Notes: generated from the letters alone by a model not told the origin. A DNA stretch of 58,200 nucleotides from Eubacteriales bacterium (GCA_045631845.1 JAZQVM010000067.1:1-58200), one strand, 5' to 3'; counted from the stretch's first letter, positions 27,212 to 36,845 are shown. Numbers and translations are program-made.

Positions 27212-28463
27212 ACTGGAAAAACAGGAATTTCTCTCATTTTCCAAAAATCATCCTTTGGCACTGTTCTTTCAGTCGCCCGAGTGGATCGAAGTCAAGAAGA
27301 CCAACGGTTGGTGGGGCAAAATGCTGGGGATGAAGGAAAACGGAGCGGTGGTGGCGGCTACTGTCGTGTTGTTTAAGCGGGTAGCCGGTATTGGTGTCAC
27401 CTTTGCCTACGCTCCCCGTGGATACCTGCTGGACTATACGGATTTTGAATTGCTGGAGCGGTTTACGGCCGCCATCCAAGATTACATGAAACAGGCGGGG
27501 GTGGCCTTCCTAAAGGTCAATCCCTATGTGGATTATCAGGTGCGGGACGAGGACGGAAAGATTGCTCGCGATACGGCTAATCTTACATTGATGGCTAAAA
27601 TGAAAGATCTGGGATATCGCCATCAGGGCTTCTATGTGGATATGCACGACAAGAAGGATTTAGAGCCGCGGTGGCTTTCCGTGCTTGATCTGAAAGGGAA
27701 GACGATGGAAGACATCTACAAGGGGATGCGAAGCGGAACCAAGTGGGGAGTCAACAACAGCCGCAAGAACTTTCTCACCGTCATTGAAGCCGACGAGAGC
27801 AATATGGATGTGTTCAAGCAGTTGATGCAGCACACAGCCGACCGCAGAGGCTTTATTGATCGACCCTTGTCGTATTATCAGGAAATGTTCTCAGTTTTGA
27901 ATCGGGAGCAGGCGGTCAAGGTTCTCTATGTGCAGATTGATTTTGAAGCGTTGTTTGCTCACACCCATGAGAGATTTGAGAAGAATCGGGAGCGGCTGGA
28001 GAAGATCTCGGATAATCCCAAGAAGGCACGAGAGGTAGCCGAGATCACATCAGAGCAGGCCAGCTTAGAAAAGCGGTTGGTTGCGCTGGAGCAGGATATT
28101 CAAGAGCATGGTAGCAAGAAGATCATTGCGGGCGGCTGGTACATGCTGTACGGCAGTGAGGTCGTGTATTTGTTTGGGGCCAGCTATAAGCCCTTTATGC
28201 GATACAATGCCCAGTATCTTTTGCAGTATGAGATGATTGAGTATGCTTTGACACATGGGTACAAGCGGTTCAATTTTTACGGTATTGACGGCAACTTCTC
28301 TCCGGAGTCGCCCAACTTCGGTCTATTTGATTTCAAGCGGGGTTTTGGGGCGACGGTGCATGAACTGGTCGGAGAATTTGATCTGGTCATCAGCAAACCT
28401 AAGTTTTTGTTGTATCGAGCAGCCTATAAGAGCTTCAATCTGTTACGGAAATTACGCAAATAA
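27198..28463 (+). CDS. FemAB-family peptidoglycan aminoacyltransferase (paralogue 2)
   Basis: Same architecture as the upstream gene (FFQSPEW, YAPRGY, FYGIDG...FGLFDFKRGF). Overlaps it by 14 nt. Confidence 0.85.
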   Translation: MGLIELEKQEFLSFSKNHPLALFFQSPEWIEVKKTNGWWGKMLGMKENGAVVAATVVLFKRVAGIGVTFAYAPRGYLLDYTDFELLERFTAAIQDYMKQAGVAFLKVNPYVDYQVRDEDGKIARDTANLTLMAKMKDLGYRHQGFYVDMHDKKDLEPRWLSVLDLKGKTMEDIYKGMRSGTKWGVNNSRKNFLTVIEADESNMDVFKQLMQHTADRRGFIDRPLSYYQEMFSVLNREQAVKVLYVQIDFEALFAHTHERFEKNRERLEKISDNPKKAREVAEITSEQASLEKRLVALEQDIQEHGSKKIIAGGWYMLYGSEVVYLFGASYKPFMRYNAQYLLQYEMIEYALTHGYKRFNFYGIDGNFSPESPNFGLFDFKRGFGATVHELVGEFDLVISKPKFLLYRAAYKSFNLLRKLRK

Positions 28464-28464
28464 G

Positions 28465-28498
28465 AAAAACCCGCATCTATATCAGATGCGGGTTTTTT
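28465..28498. terminator. Bidirectional intrinsic terminator
   Basis: AAAAACCCGCATCT-atatc-AGATGCGGGTTTTTT. Confidence 0.8.
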
Positions 28499-29294
28499 AT
28501 TGGGCTTGACAGAGCGGCAGGCGGGAATCCATTTCTATAATGGCCGTGCTTTGTCCATTGGACACGCGTGGAAGATCGGCGAAAAAGGAGAAATCACTAT
28601 CGGGCGCAACCGATTGAATGTGGGTAATTACCTGTCCGGTCACAGCGGCGACGGTGCGTAGCTTCGTATCGTAATTATGCCCTTGCACCTGCAGTAAGCG
28701 TTTGCCGGCGGCAGGGATAGCCACGATCTCGCTATGTAAAAACACCCGATGGGTTGAATTTTGGAAAGAGGCAAGGGCGTTCATATCGTGAGCCAGTTTT
28801 GACCAAACATCGCCTGCCAACAAAGAGGGAGTGAGGTCGGCATGGTGGCGAATGAGAAAACTGCCGCCGGCTTCGTCGGGCAGGGCGACTTTAAGCGTGG
28901 TTTTTAAGGCGGTACGGAAGATCAAAGGGTTTGGCGTGCAAACATGGCGACCGAGTTTAACCTTGATAGCCAGATCCAATTTCCCTTTTTTAATCTGCGC
29001 TGCCATGTGGCGCATGGGTAGGTCCTGTCCGTCCTTTTGGCCATGGATGCCGACCAGTGAGCCGATGCGCAGGGGAAATATGGTGCCGGAGGGACGATCA
29101 AAGAGCATCAGTAGGCAGGGTTCATGGTTACCGCCGGCGATGGCATTGAGGGCGGAGGCGTGGCGGGAGAGCAGTTTGGCGGGACCGGAAACGGTATAGA
29201 AATAGCGGCAGATCTCGCCCTCGGGATCGGCCAAAGTCTGTAATAATTGTATGCGATTGGGTTCACTTTCGGTGCCGATAAAGAGATAAAGCAT
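28497..29294 (-). CDS. Hypothetical protein (265 aa), no recognisable domain
   Basis: Long ORF with host-like GC, flanked by a terminator and a divergent intergenic region. I recognise no motif in it. Confidence 0.5.
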   Translation of the reverse strand: MLYLFIGTESEPNRIQLLQTLADPEGEICRYFYTVSGPAKLLSRHASALNAIAGGNHEPCLLMLFDRPSGTIFPLRIGSLVGIHGQKDGQDLPMRHMAAQIKKGKLDLAIKVKLGRHVCTPNPLIFRTALKTTLKVALPDEAGGSFLIRHHADLTPSLLAGDVWSKLAHDMNALASFQNSTHRVFLHSEIVAIPAAGKRLLQVQGHNYDTKLRTVAAVTGQVITHIQSVAPDSDFSFFADLPRVSNGQSTAIIEMDSRLPLCQAQ

Positions 29295-29508
29295 GATAAT
29301 TTTCCTCAGTCAAAAAATCGAGAAACATTCCTTAAAACGGGGAAAAGGTAACAAAATTGTCACTTTTCTGTGTAAAACTCAGTGGAAAGTGTGGAAAAAT
29401 CGGAATATTTCCTATTGATATTTTAGCAGAGAATGGCTTGTAATGCAATGAAGAATATGGTATGGTATGTATAGAAATATTAAAAAGTTTGCAGGAGGAT
29501 CTGATGCT

Positions 29509-29997
29509 ATGAAGCGGACCGATTACATGAATTGGGATGAATATTTTATGGGTGTGGCGCTGTTGGCCGCCCGTCGTTCCAAGGATCCCAGCACGCAGGT
29601 AGGTGCCTGCATTGTCGATGACAACAACATCATCCTTTCTACGGGATATAACGGATTTCCCTACGGATGTTCCGATGATGTGTTCCCGTGGGGGCGCTCG
29701 GGTGAGATGAATGACACCAAATATCCCTATGTGGTGCATGCGGAACTCAATGCGATTCTCAATGCGCAGGGTCGCTCGTTGCGCGGAGCTCGTATTTATG
29801 TTGCTCTTTTCCCGTGCAATGAGTGTGCAAAGGCCATTATCCAGTCGGGGATTCGGGAGGTTATCTATCTGTCGGACAAGTATGCGACGACTGATTCCAC
29901 CATGGCTTCCAAGCGGATGCTGGAGGCGGCAGGGGTGAAACTGACACCCTTTATCTCGGAGCATAAAGAAATAGTCCTCTCCTTTGAGGTAGAGTAA
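29509..29997 (+). CDS. dCMP (deoxycytidylate) deaminase
   Basis: Contains WDEYFMGVALLAA.RSKDP..QVGA, the HAELNA zinc motif and PCNECAK. AGGAGGA RBS precedes ATG 29509. Confidence 0.9.
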   Translation: MKRTDYMNWDEYFMGVALLAARRSKDPSTQVGACIVDDNNIILSTGYNGFPYGCSDDVFPWGRSGEMNDTKYPYVVHAELNAILNAQGRSLRGARIYVALFPCNECAKAIIQSGIREVIYLSDKYATTDSTMASKRMLEAAGVKLTPFISEHKEIVLSFEVE

Positions 29998-30716
29998 TGC
30001 ATTACGAGCAGGGCGTCTTCTATATGGATGGGTTGCCCCGATCGGCAACGCATGCGTTAGTGACGGCCAAACAGGCGACCGATTACATTGTAGCACACGG
30101 CATGGTACCCTTTTTCACGGGGGACATAGCGGGATTATCGATAGAGGAGAACACCTATCGGGATGACTGGTGGTGTGAGGATTCGGTGCGTGACCCGTGG
30201 GAGTGGCGTAAGGTGTTAGCCAATGAGGGGCGTGTGGTATACGGGAAGTTTTTTAGCGGTAAGGCCGGATTCATGGACATCGATTTGTTCCCGTTGTTGT
30301 GCGCTTATCGGAGAGATGGCTATGATTTTGAGACCTTATATGAGTTGGGTCAGGTATCTCAGCGAGAGCGTGCGGTTATGGATGCGGTAGGCTGGGAAGT
30401 GCGGCATAATGCCGAGATCCGCAAACGTGCGGGATTTGGCAAGAATGGATACAAGGGCTATGAGAATACTACGGTAAAGTTGCAGGATAAGACCTACTTA
30501 GTTATTCGAAAGTTTCAGCAACGGCTCAACAAGCAGGGGCAGCCTTATGGATGGTCGGTGGCACACCTGTCCAGACCGGAGGCTTGTTTCGGCGAAGATT
30601 TTATAAAAAGTGAATATGCCTTATCTCGGGAACAGGCCAAGGCACGGTTGATGCAGGCCTTGATTGAGCGCAATCCCCAAATCTCGGTGGCGGCGTTGGA
30701 GAAAATGCTGGCATAA
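29997..30716 (+). CDS. Conserved hypothetical protein, possibly AlkZ/YcaQ-related
   Basis: Its start overlaps the dCMP deaminase stop (TAATG). The Trp-rich block DDWWCEDSVRDPWEWRK...GKFF.GKAGF recalls proteins annotated as AlkZ-related, which is a weak recollection. Confidence 0.35.
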   Translation: MHYEQGVFYMDGLPRSATHALVTAKQATDYIVAHGMVPFFTGDIAGLSIEENTYRDDWWCEDSVRDPWEWRKVLANEGRVVYGKFFSGKAGFMDIDLFPLLCAYRRDGYDFETLYELGQVSQRERAVMDAVGWEVRHNAEIRKRAGFGKNGYKGYENTTVKLQDKTYLVIRKFQQRLNKQGQPYGWSVAHLSRPEACFGEDFIKSEYALSREQAKARLMQALIERNPQISVAALEKMLA

Positions 30717-30794
30717 GGAAAACCTTTCAAATGGTATTGCAATTTGGGGCAGATGTGATATACTGGAAACACAAACAGAGTAAGGAGAAACGGT

Positions 30795-31325
30795 ATGAAT
30801 ATCTGGCATGATATGAGTCCGAAACGCATTACGCCCGATGATTTCATTGCCATTGTGGAGATCGAGAAGGGCAGTAAGTGTAAGTACGAGCTGGATAAGG
30901 AAACGGGCATGCTGATGTTGGATCGCATCCTGTATACATCAACCCACTATCCGGCAAACTATGGATTGATTCCCCGCACCTATGCCGATGACCTGGATCC
31001 GTTGGATGTATTGATCTTAAGTTCGGAGGCAATTTTGCCGCACACCGAGGTGCGATGTTATCCGATCGGGGTGATCTCGATGCTGGATAACGGGCGCAGC
31101 GATGAAAAGATCATTGCCATTCCCTTTAATGATCCGTCTTATAACACCTACAACGATATTTCCGAGTTGCCTTCTCATATTTTTGAGGAGATGCGCCATT
31201 TCTTCAGTGTATACAAGACGCTGGAGGATAAGGAAACGACGGTGGATGAGATCCACGGCGCTTTAGAAGCGAAGAAGATCATAGCGGCGGCTATCAACAG
31301 TTACGTTGAGAATTATTGCAAATAA
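30795..31325 (+). CDS. ppa: Inorganic pyrophosphatase (family I)
   Basis: Contains IVEIEKGSKCKYELDKETG...DRILYTS..YPANYGLIP.T...D.DPLDVL. Confidence 0.9.
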   Translation: MNIWHDMSPKRITPDDFIAIVEIEKGSKCKYELDKETGMLMLDRILYTSTHYPANYGLIPRTYADDLDPLDVLILSSEAILPHTEVRCYPIGVISMLDNGRSDEKIIAIPFNDPSYNTYNDISELPSHIFEEMRHFFSVYKTLEDKETTVDEIHGALEAKKIIAAAINSYVENYCK

Positions 31326-31332
31326 TGTCGGT

Positions 31333-31370
31333 GAGGAACTGCAAAAAGAGCAGTTCCTCATTGATTTTTC
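31333..31370 (+). terminator. Intrinsic terminator after ppa
   Basis: GAGGAACTGC-aaaaaga-GCAGTTCCTC followed by a T-rich tail. Confidence 0.6.
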
Positions 31371-31419
31371 ATAAAAAAGGAGTATAATGTAGAAAGAAAG
31401 ATCGAGGAAGGAAAATCTC

Positions 31420-32364
31420 ATGGAAATTTTAACGGCAACAATGGAACAGATGGCCTTTTTATTTTGTCTGATCGCTCTTGGTGTGATTTTAGCCAAAGTC
31501 AAGGCGATTCCGGCGGGGACGGCGGCTGTATTGGGTAAATTGGAGAACAATTTGCTGATTCCGGCGCTGGTGCTTTACACCTTTGCTACCAACTTTACCA
31601 CCGAGAAACTGGCTTCGGCCGGCAAGCTATTCCTGCTTGGACTTGGCATTTCGATGGTCATGTGTGTGGTGGGCTGGGCATTAGCCCGTCTTTTTGACAA
31701 GGATGAAACGGTGCGAGCGGCCTATACCTACGGATTGGCCTTTGCTAATTTCAGCTATATGGGCAATGCGGTAGCGGCGGCGGTCTTCCCTGAATTTTTC
31801 TTGGATTACCTGATCTTTACCCTGCCAATGTGGATTATGATCTATGTATGGGGTGTGCCCTATGTGCTGGTGCCTCGGCAGGAGGGAAAGCGCACGGTCG
31901 GTAGCAGTTTGAAGGCTCTGATCAATCCCATGATGATCTGCATGATCGTGGGCATGATCATCGGTCTGACGGGCTGGCAGATGCCCGGATTTTTGGACAA
32001 GACGGTGGCAACGGTGAAGGATTGTATGTCGCCCGTGGCCATGCTTTTAACCGGCATTACAGTGGCGGGCATGAACATTAAGAAGATACTCTCCATGTGG
32101 AGTGTATATGTCGTAACGTTTATTCGATTGATTGCCATTCCGTTGGTCTTCCTTGGGATCTTTATGCTGGTGCCGAGTGATCGCTCCTTGGTGATTTGTT
32201 GTACCTGCGCTATGGCCATGCCGCTGGGGCTTAATGCCGTGGTGGTGCCGGCGGCGTACGGCAAGGACACCTCGGTAGCGGCAGGGATATCGATTATTTC
32301 GCATGTTATCTCTTGCGCAACCATTCCGTTGATGTTTTATTTGATGATGAACTGGGTGCTGTAG
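31420..32364 (+). CDS. AEC (auxin efflux carrier) family transporter
   Basis: About 10 TM segments over 314 aa, with the N-terminal pattern of AEC permeases. Confidence 0.7.
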   Translation: MEILTATMEQMAFLFCLIALGVILAKVKAIPAGTAAVLGKLENNLLIPALVLYTFATNFTTEKLASAGKLFLLGLGISMVMCVVGWALARLFDKDETVRAAYTYGLAFANFSYMGNAVAAAVFPEFFLDYLIFTLPMWIMIYVWGVPYVLVPRQEGKRTVGSSLKALINPMMICMIVGMIIGLTGWQMPGFLDKTVATVKDCMSPVAMLLTGITVAGMNIKKILSMWSVYVVTFIRLIAIPLVFLGIFMLVPSDRSLVICCTCAMAMPLGLNAVVVPAAYGKDTSVAAGISIISHVISCATIPLMFYLMMNWVL

Positions 32365-32452
32365 TTCCAGACAAGAGAACCGGTTTTCTACCGCTCGACA
32401 CAGGTGCAGGTCACGCCTACGCTTGAGCAAGCAATTTAAGAAAAAGATGCAC

Positions 32453-32485
32453 AAAACCCCACACGTGAAAACATGTGGGGTTTTT
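32453..32485. terminator. Bidirectional terminator
   Basis: AAAACCCCACA...TGTGGGGTTTTT. Confidence 0.6.
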
Positions 32486-32512
32486 CATGAAAGAAAAAAG
32501 AGGGTATTCGTT

Positions 32513-33685
32513 TTAATGGCCGGAATAATCACGGTCAATGTGAATCACGCAGAACAAAGACGGGTCTTGCTCAGATACGGCTTGGCAGACATGGTTGCGA
32601 ATCTCGGCATCGGATGCCTTAACCGAAAAGGGAACGACAATATCAAAAATAAGATTGGTGTGGGTTGGCCCTTGCACCACGCGAAAATCGTGAAAGGACA
32701 AGGGCATATTTAGCGTGTTGAGCACATCGGACACCATACGGCGCAGTGCATCGGTCTGCTCATCGTCGGTGGTGATGGGGTCCATGTGAATGACGGCTTC
32801 GATGTTGAGTTCTTGACCCAGTTGTTTTTCAATATTATCAATGGCGTCATGCAACAGGAGAATATCGCCCTTGGCATCTACTTCGGCATGGAGGGAAGCC
32901 ATGCAACGACCGGGGCCGTAGTCGTGCACGATCAGATCGTGGATACCCAGCACTTCCTCGTGAGCCATAACCAATTCTTCGATTTGGGAAACAAATTCAG
33001 GCTCGGGCGGTTGTCCCAGTAAGGGAGCGATCGTTTCCTTGGCGGCCTTAAACCCGCTAAAGAGGATAAAGAGCGAAACCAAAGCGCCCGTCCAGCCGTC
33101 CAAGGGCAGACCGGACAGAGCACCGATAACGGTCGCCGCCAGAACAACAGCGGTGGACAGACAATCGCTGATGCAGTCGGTCGCCGTGGCCATCATGGCA
33201 TCACTGTGAATCTGCGTGGCGATCTGACGGTTATAGAAGAACATATATAACTTAATCAGAATGGAAGCGCACAAAATGATAATCGAAAGCAGATCAAGAG
33301 TGGCCGTAGAGGGATGGATAATCTTTTCTATCGAACCGGTGAGCAGTTCAACGCCAGCCAGCAGGATAAGCAAGGATACGGCAAGTCCTGTGAGATACTC
33401 AATGCGGCCGTGGCCGTATGGATGTTCACGGTCAGGCTTTTGCGCCGAAAGTTTAAAGCCGATGAGGGTAATAATGGAAGAGCCGGCATCAGACAGGTTG
33501 TTAAAGGCATCGGCCGTGACGGCAATTGAGCCGGTTAAGGTACCGGCTAGGAATTTTCCGGCAAAAAGCAGGAGATTCAAAGCCATACCCAACCCGCCGC
33601 ACAGGGTACCATAGGCCGTACGAACGTTGGGTGCGTTGTAATTTTTATGATCACGAATCAGCCATTTGGCCAGAAGATTTACCAT
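32513..33685 (-). CDS. Cation diffusion facilitator (CDF) family transporter
   Basis: Contains SIAVTADAFNNLSDA and HPYGHGRIE motifs and a C-terminal cytoplasmic domain. Start set at ATG 33685. Confidence 0.85.
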   Translation of the reverse strand: MVNLLAKWLIRDHKNYNAPNVRTAYGTLCGGLGMALNLLLFAGKFLAGTLTGSIAVTADAFNNLSDAGSSIITLIGFKLSAQKPDREHPYGHGRIEYLTGLAVSLLILLAGVELLTGSIEKIIHPSTATLDLLSIIILCASILIKLYMFFYNRQIATQIHSDAMMATATDCISDCLSTAVVLAATVIGALSGLPLDGWTGALVSLFILFSGFKAAKETIAPLLGQPPEPEFVSQIEELVMAHEEVLGIHDLIVHDYGPGRCMASLHAEVDAKGDILLLHDAIDNIEKQLGQELNIEAVIHMDPITTDDEQTDALRRMVSDVLNTLNMPLSFHDFRVVQGPTHTNLIFDIVVPFSVKASDAEIRNHVCQAVSEQDPSLFCVIHIDRDYSGH

Positions 33686-33785
33686 AATTTTACCGCCTTT
33701 TTGTTTGAGTATATTGTAACACAAGCATGGGGCATTGACAAGAGGGGTTCTCTCCTTTTATAATAGAAGAAACGGAGGATTTACT

Positions 33786-34184
33786 ATGAATGTTTTGATT
33801 ATTGACGGGCAGGGCGGTAAGCTTGGTGCAGGCTTAGTGACTGCCGTAAAGGAAAACTATCCGCAGGCTACGGTAACCGCAATAGGAACCAATGCCATTG
33901 CTACAGCCGCCATGCTCAAGGCGGGTGCCGCGCAGGGCGCAACGGGAGAAAACCCCGTTATCGTTGCCTGCCGTAAGGCCGATGTCATCTTAGGCCCGAT
34001 CGGGATTGTGTCTGCCGATGCGCTTTTGGGTGAGATCACTCCGGCTATGGCAACGGCAGTTGGGGCATGCGAAGCAAAAAAAATTCTCATTCCCATGAAT
34101 CGTTGCGGCATTCGAGTCGTAGGGGTGCAGGAACTGGCGATGAATGACTATATCGCCTTGGCTATGAAGGAGATACAAGCATGA
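33786..34184 (+). CDS. DUF3842-like protein
   Basis: MNVLIIDGQGGKLGAGLV...IGTNAIATAAMLKAGA... pattern. GGAGGA RBS precedes ATG 33786. Confidence 0.6.
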   Translation: MNVLIIDGQGGKLGAGLVTAVKENYPQATVTAIGTNAIATAAMLKAGAAQGATGENPVIVACRKADVILGPIGIVSADALLGEITPAMATAVGACEAKKILIPMNRCGIRVVGVQELAMNDYIALAMKEIQA

Positions 34185-35065
34185 AACGGATTGTGGCGCT
34201 GATGCTGATGTTGTTGCTCCTGTGCGCCGGCTGTGTCAAGAAACCAACGGTAAAGATCGGCGTATTGGAGCCGCTCAGCGGAGAGTTTGCTGCCGGCGGG
34301 CAACTCGAATATCAGGGAATCCAGGAGGCGCTGGAAGCCTATCCTATGCTGGGCGATGCCCGTGTTGAATTGGTAGTGGCCGATAACCTCTCCACCGAAG
34401 ACGGCGCTCGTGAGACGGCCAAATCCTTGGCCGACCAAGGGGTGCAGATCGTCATCGGCAGTTGGGGCAGTTCCCTATCCCAAGCGGCGGCCGAAGTGCT
34501 GATCAAAAAACAAATCCCCATGATAACTACCACGGCCGGTAAAATTAATAATGCTTCCTGCTTTTCTCTGGAGTTAAGTATTGCCCAGCAGACACAGGCT
34601 TTAGCGGCCTTGATTACTGAGCAGGGCTGGACAAGGGTTGCCATCGTGAGCGATCGCAACAACGCCTATGATATGGCCATGCGTCAAGCCTTTATTGAGG
34701 CAGGCGGAAAAGAGATTATTTGCGCCGAAGCCCATGGTACGGCTGAAAATCTGGCCGATTGTGTAGCAGCCATGGAGCAGGAGCAGGCAGATGTCTTGTT
34801 TATCCCATCAATGGCCGATGCGGCAGCAGGAATGACCGAATTGCCGATCTTAGGCGGTGACGTCAGTACAGCGGAAGGAGTATATTATCCGATGTATGCG
34901 CCCGAGGGGGCTAAAGCTGTTGGCTATGATGGGTATTTGACGGCATTGGCGATTTTGGGAGGAGAGCCCAAAGAGATTGAAGGAAAAACGGGATTGTTGG
35001 ATTATGACGGTACCAATATGACCCGCAAGAGTTGGCATATACAAACTCCTGCCGATTCCGAATAA
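34181..35065 (+). CDS. Lipoprotein, type-1 periplasmic-binding-protein-like (Leu/Ile/Val-binding family-like), short
   Basis: Lipobox LLLLCAGC, then KIGVLEPLSG..A..G pattern. At 294 aa it is shorter than typical binding proteins. Confidence 0.5.
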   Translation: MKRIVALMLMLLLLCAGCVKKPTVKIGVLEPLSGEFAAGGQLEYQGIQEALEAYPMLGDARVELVVADNLSTEDGARETAKSLADQGVQIVIGSWGSSLSQAAAEVLIKKQIPMITTTAGKINNASCFSLELSIAQQTQALAALITEQGWTRVAIVSDRNNAYDMAMRQAFIEAGGKEIICAEAHGTAENLADCVAAMEQEQADVLFIPSMADAAAGMTELPILGGDVSTAEGVYYPMYAPEGAKAVGYDGYLTALAILGGEPKEIEGKTGLLDYDGTNMTRKSWHIQTPADSE

Positions 35066-35098
35066 AAAAGGTGTTGCCTATTTAGGCAACACCTTTTT
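35064..35098. terminator. Bidirectional intrinsic terminator
   Basis: AAAAAAGGTGTTGCCTA-tt-TAGGCAACACCTTTTT. Confidence 0.8.
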
Positions 35099-35109
35099 CT
35101 ATGTATGAA

Positions 35110-35496
35110 TCAGAATGCACGTTTACCCATCGTAAAAAGAAGCGCCAAGATCAAAACAACCAGCATAACGCTGCCGACGATAATCAGACTGCACCAGTAG
35201 GAGCGGGCGAAATTACGGCGGTTGAGATTCGAGCCGTTAATGGAAAAGATAACCAGGAAGATAAACCCAACAATGGGGATGGCAAAAAGAATCTGTAACC
35301 CGAAATAAGCCCACGGGGAAAGGGGCTGATACTCCTCCGGTATCCTATCTTCTATTTGGTCAGGAGAAGGGGTGTGGGTGACAGGGGCAGATGCCGCAAC
35401 CTCAGCAGGAGCGGGAGTATCCTCTACAGCAGCTCCGCAAGCAGGACAGAATTTAGCGGTTTCTTCTAAGTTTGTGCCACAGGAATTACAGAACAT
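35110..35496 (-). CDS. Zinc-ribbon domain membrane protein
   Basis: MFCNSCG...CPACG zinc ribbon, a Pro/Ala linker and two TM segments. AGGAG RBS precedes ATG 35496. Confidence 0.7.
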   Translation of the reverse strand: MFCNSCGTNLEETAKFCPACGAAVEDTPAPAEVAASAPVTHTPSPDQIEDRIPEEYQPLSPWAYFGLQILFAIPIVGFIFLVIFSINGSNLNRRNFARSYWCSLIIVGSVMLVVLILALLFTMGKRAF

Positions 35497-35519
35497 AAGG
35501 ATCACACTCCTATAAAAAA

Positions 35520-36053
35520 TTACGAAATAAAGAATTCAAAACCGAGCGTAATGCCGGTCATGAGGATGCCGGCGATGAGAACACCGACAGCGATGGCAGG
35601 CAGGGCATCTTTCAGGCGCATATTCATCATGCCGGCAATCAAAGCTCCTGTCCAGGCACCCGTACCGGGCAGAGGAATGGCGACAAAAAGCAAAAGCCCC
35701 CAAAACTTGTACTTTTCCACCGTGCCTTTTTTGTTTTCGGCACGCTTTTCCAGCTTTTCGGCGATGCGACCTAACCGACCGCTTTTGCGCTTCATCCATT
35801 CAAAGATGCGGCGAATGAACAACACAATAAAGGGTGCCGGCAAAAGATTGCCTAAATAGGAAATGATAAAGGTGGCCAAATGGGGTAGTCCCAACGCCAC
35901 GCCCACGGGGATGGCCCCTCTTAATTCAATTACCGGAAGGAGGGATACGAAAAAGGTAATCAAACCTTTAATAAATTCCGATGAATTCTCTCCCAGAGAG
36001 ATAAACCATTCTGCAATACCCAATGTTGTTACCGCCTTTGTAGTAGTATTCAT
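35520..36053 (-). CDS. Small multidrug export-like (COG2426) membrane protein
   Basis: LPVIELRGAIPVGVALGL... motif. Start set at 36053 because the longer ORF would run through the liv terminator. Confidence 0.6.
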   Translation of the reverse strand: MNTTTKAVTTLGIAEWFISLGENSSEFIKGLITFFVSLLPVIELRGAIPVGVALGLPHLATFIISYLGNLLPAPFIVLFIRRIFEWMKRKSGRLGRIAEKLEKRAENKKGTVEKYKFWGLLLFVAIPLPGTGAWTGALIAGMMNMRLKDALPAIAVGVLIAGILMTGITLGFEFFIS

Positions 36054-36099
36054 AGTATAGCATATTTTTCCGCAAATTTCCACTATTTCTTTTATAGCA

Positions 36100-36135
36100 A
36101 AAAACGGATTTCCCATGAACAGGAAATCCGTTTTT
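36100..36135 (-). terminator. Terminator of the liv operon
   Basis: ACGGATTTCC / GGAAATCCGT hairpin flanked by A and T runs. Confidence 0.7.
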
Positions 36136-36137
36136 GC

Positions 36138-36845
36138 TTAACCGCCCAAATAGGCGTTCTTTACGGCATCATTGGTCAAAAGAGCCGATGCGTTATCGGT
36201 CAAGACAACCTTGCCCGTTTCCAAAACATAGCCACGGTCGGCAATCGATAGAGCCATGGAGGCGTTCTGTTCTACCAAAAGAATGGTAATGCCCTGTTTG
36301 TGCATCTCCACAATCATATCAAAGATCTGCTGTACCAAAATGGGAGCCAAGCCCATCGAGGGCTCGTCAAGCATAAGCAGTTTGGGTTTGGACATCATGG
36401 CGCGACCCATCGCCAGCATCTGCTGCTCACCGCCCGAAAGGGTGCCGGCGCTTTGACGGCGGCGTTCTTTTAAGCGAGGAAAGGAATCGTATACCAAAGC
36501 CAGCGCATCGGCTTCTTCCTTATTCGGTCTGGTATAGGCGCCCATCTGCAGGTTTTCTTCTACCGAAAGTCCCGCAAAGACCCGACGGCCTTCGGGACAA
36601 TGAGCCAAACCGTCCCGCACAATGACGTGGGGTGCTTTCTTGAGAATGGACTGCCCTTCAAACAGAATGTCGCCCGTCTTGGGACGAAGCAGACCCGAAA
36701 TGGTGTTAAGAGTCGTCGATTTACCGGCACCGTTAGCGCCGATCAGCGTTACAATTTCACCCTCATTGACCTCAAAGGATACACCCTTGATGGCATGAAT
36801 AGCGCCGTAATAGACATTAATATCTTCAACTTTGAGAAGGCTCAT
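36138..36845 (-). CDS. livF: Branched-chain amino acid ABC transporter ATP-binding protein
   Basis: Walker A GANGAGKST, LSGGEQQM and LLMLDEP. Length and order are LivF-type. Confidence 0.85.
   Translation of the reverse strand: MSLLKVEDINVYYGAIHAIKGVSFEVNEGEIVTLIGANGAGKSTTLNTISGLLRPKTGDILFEGQSILKKAPHVIVRDGLAHCPEGRRVFAGLSVEENLQMGAYTRPNKEEADALALVYDSFPRLKERRRQSAGTLSGGEQQMLAMGRAMMSKPKLLMLDEPSMGLAPILVQQIFDMIVEMHKQGITILLVEQNASMALSIADRGYVLETGKVVLTDNASALLTNDAVKNAYLGG

Noticed and set aside
29332-30096. 254-aa ORF antisense to dCMP deaminase.
   Set aside because: Shadow ORF. The sense strand has the HAE/PCxxC deaminase motifs.
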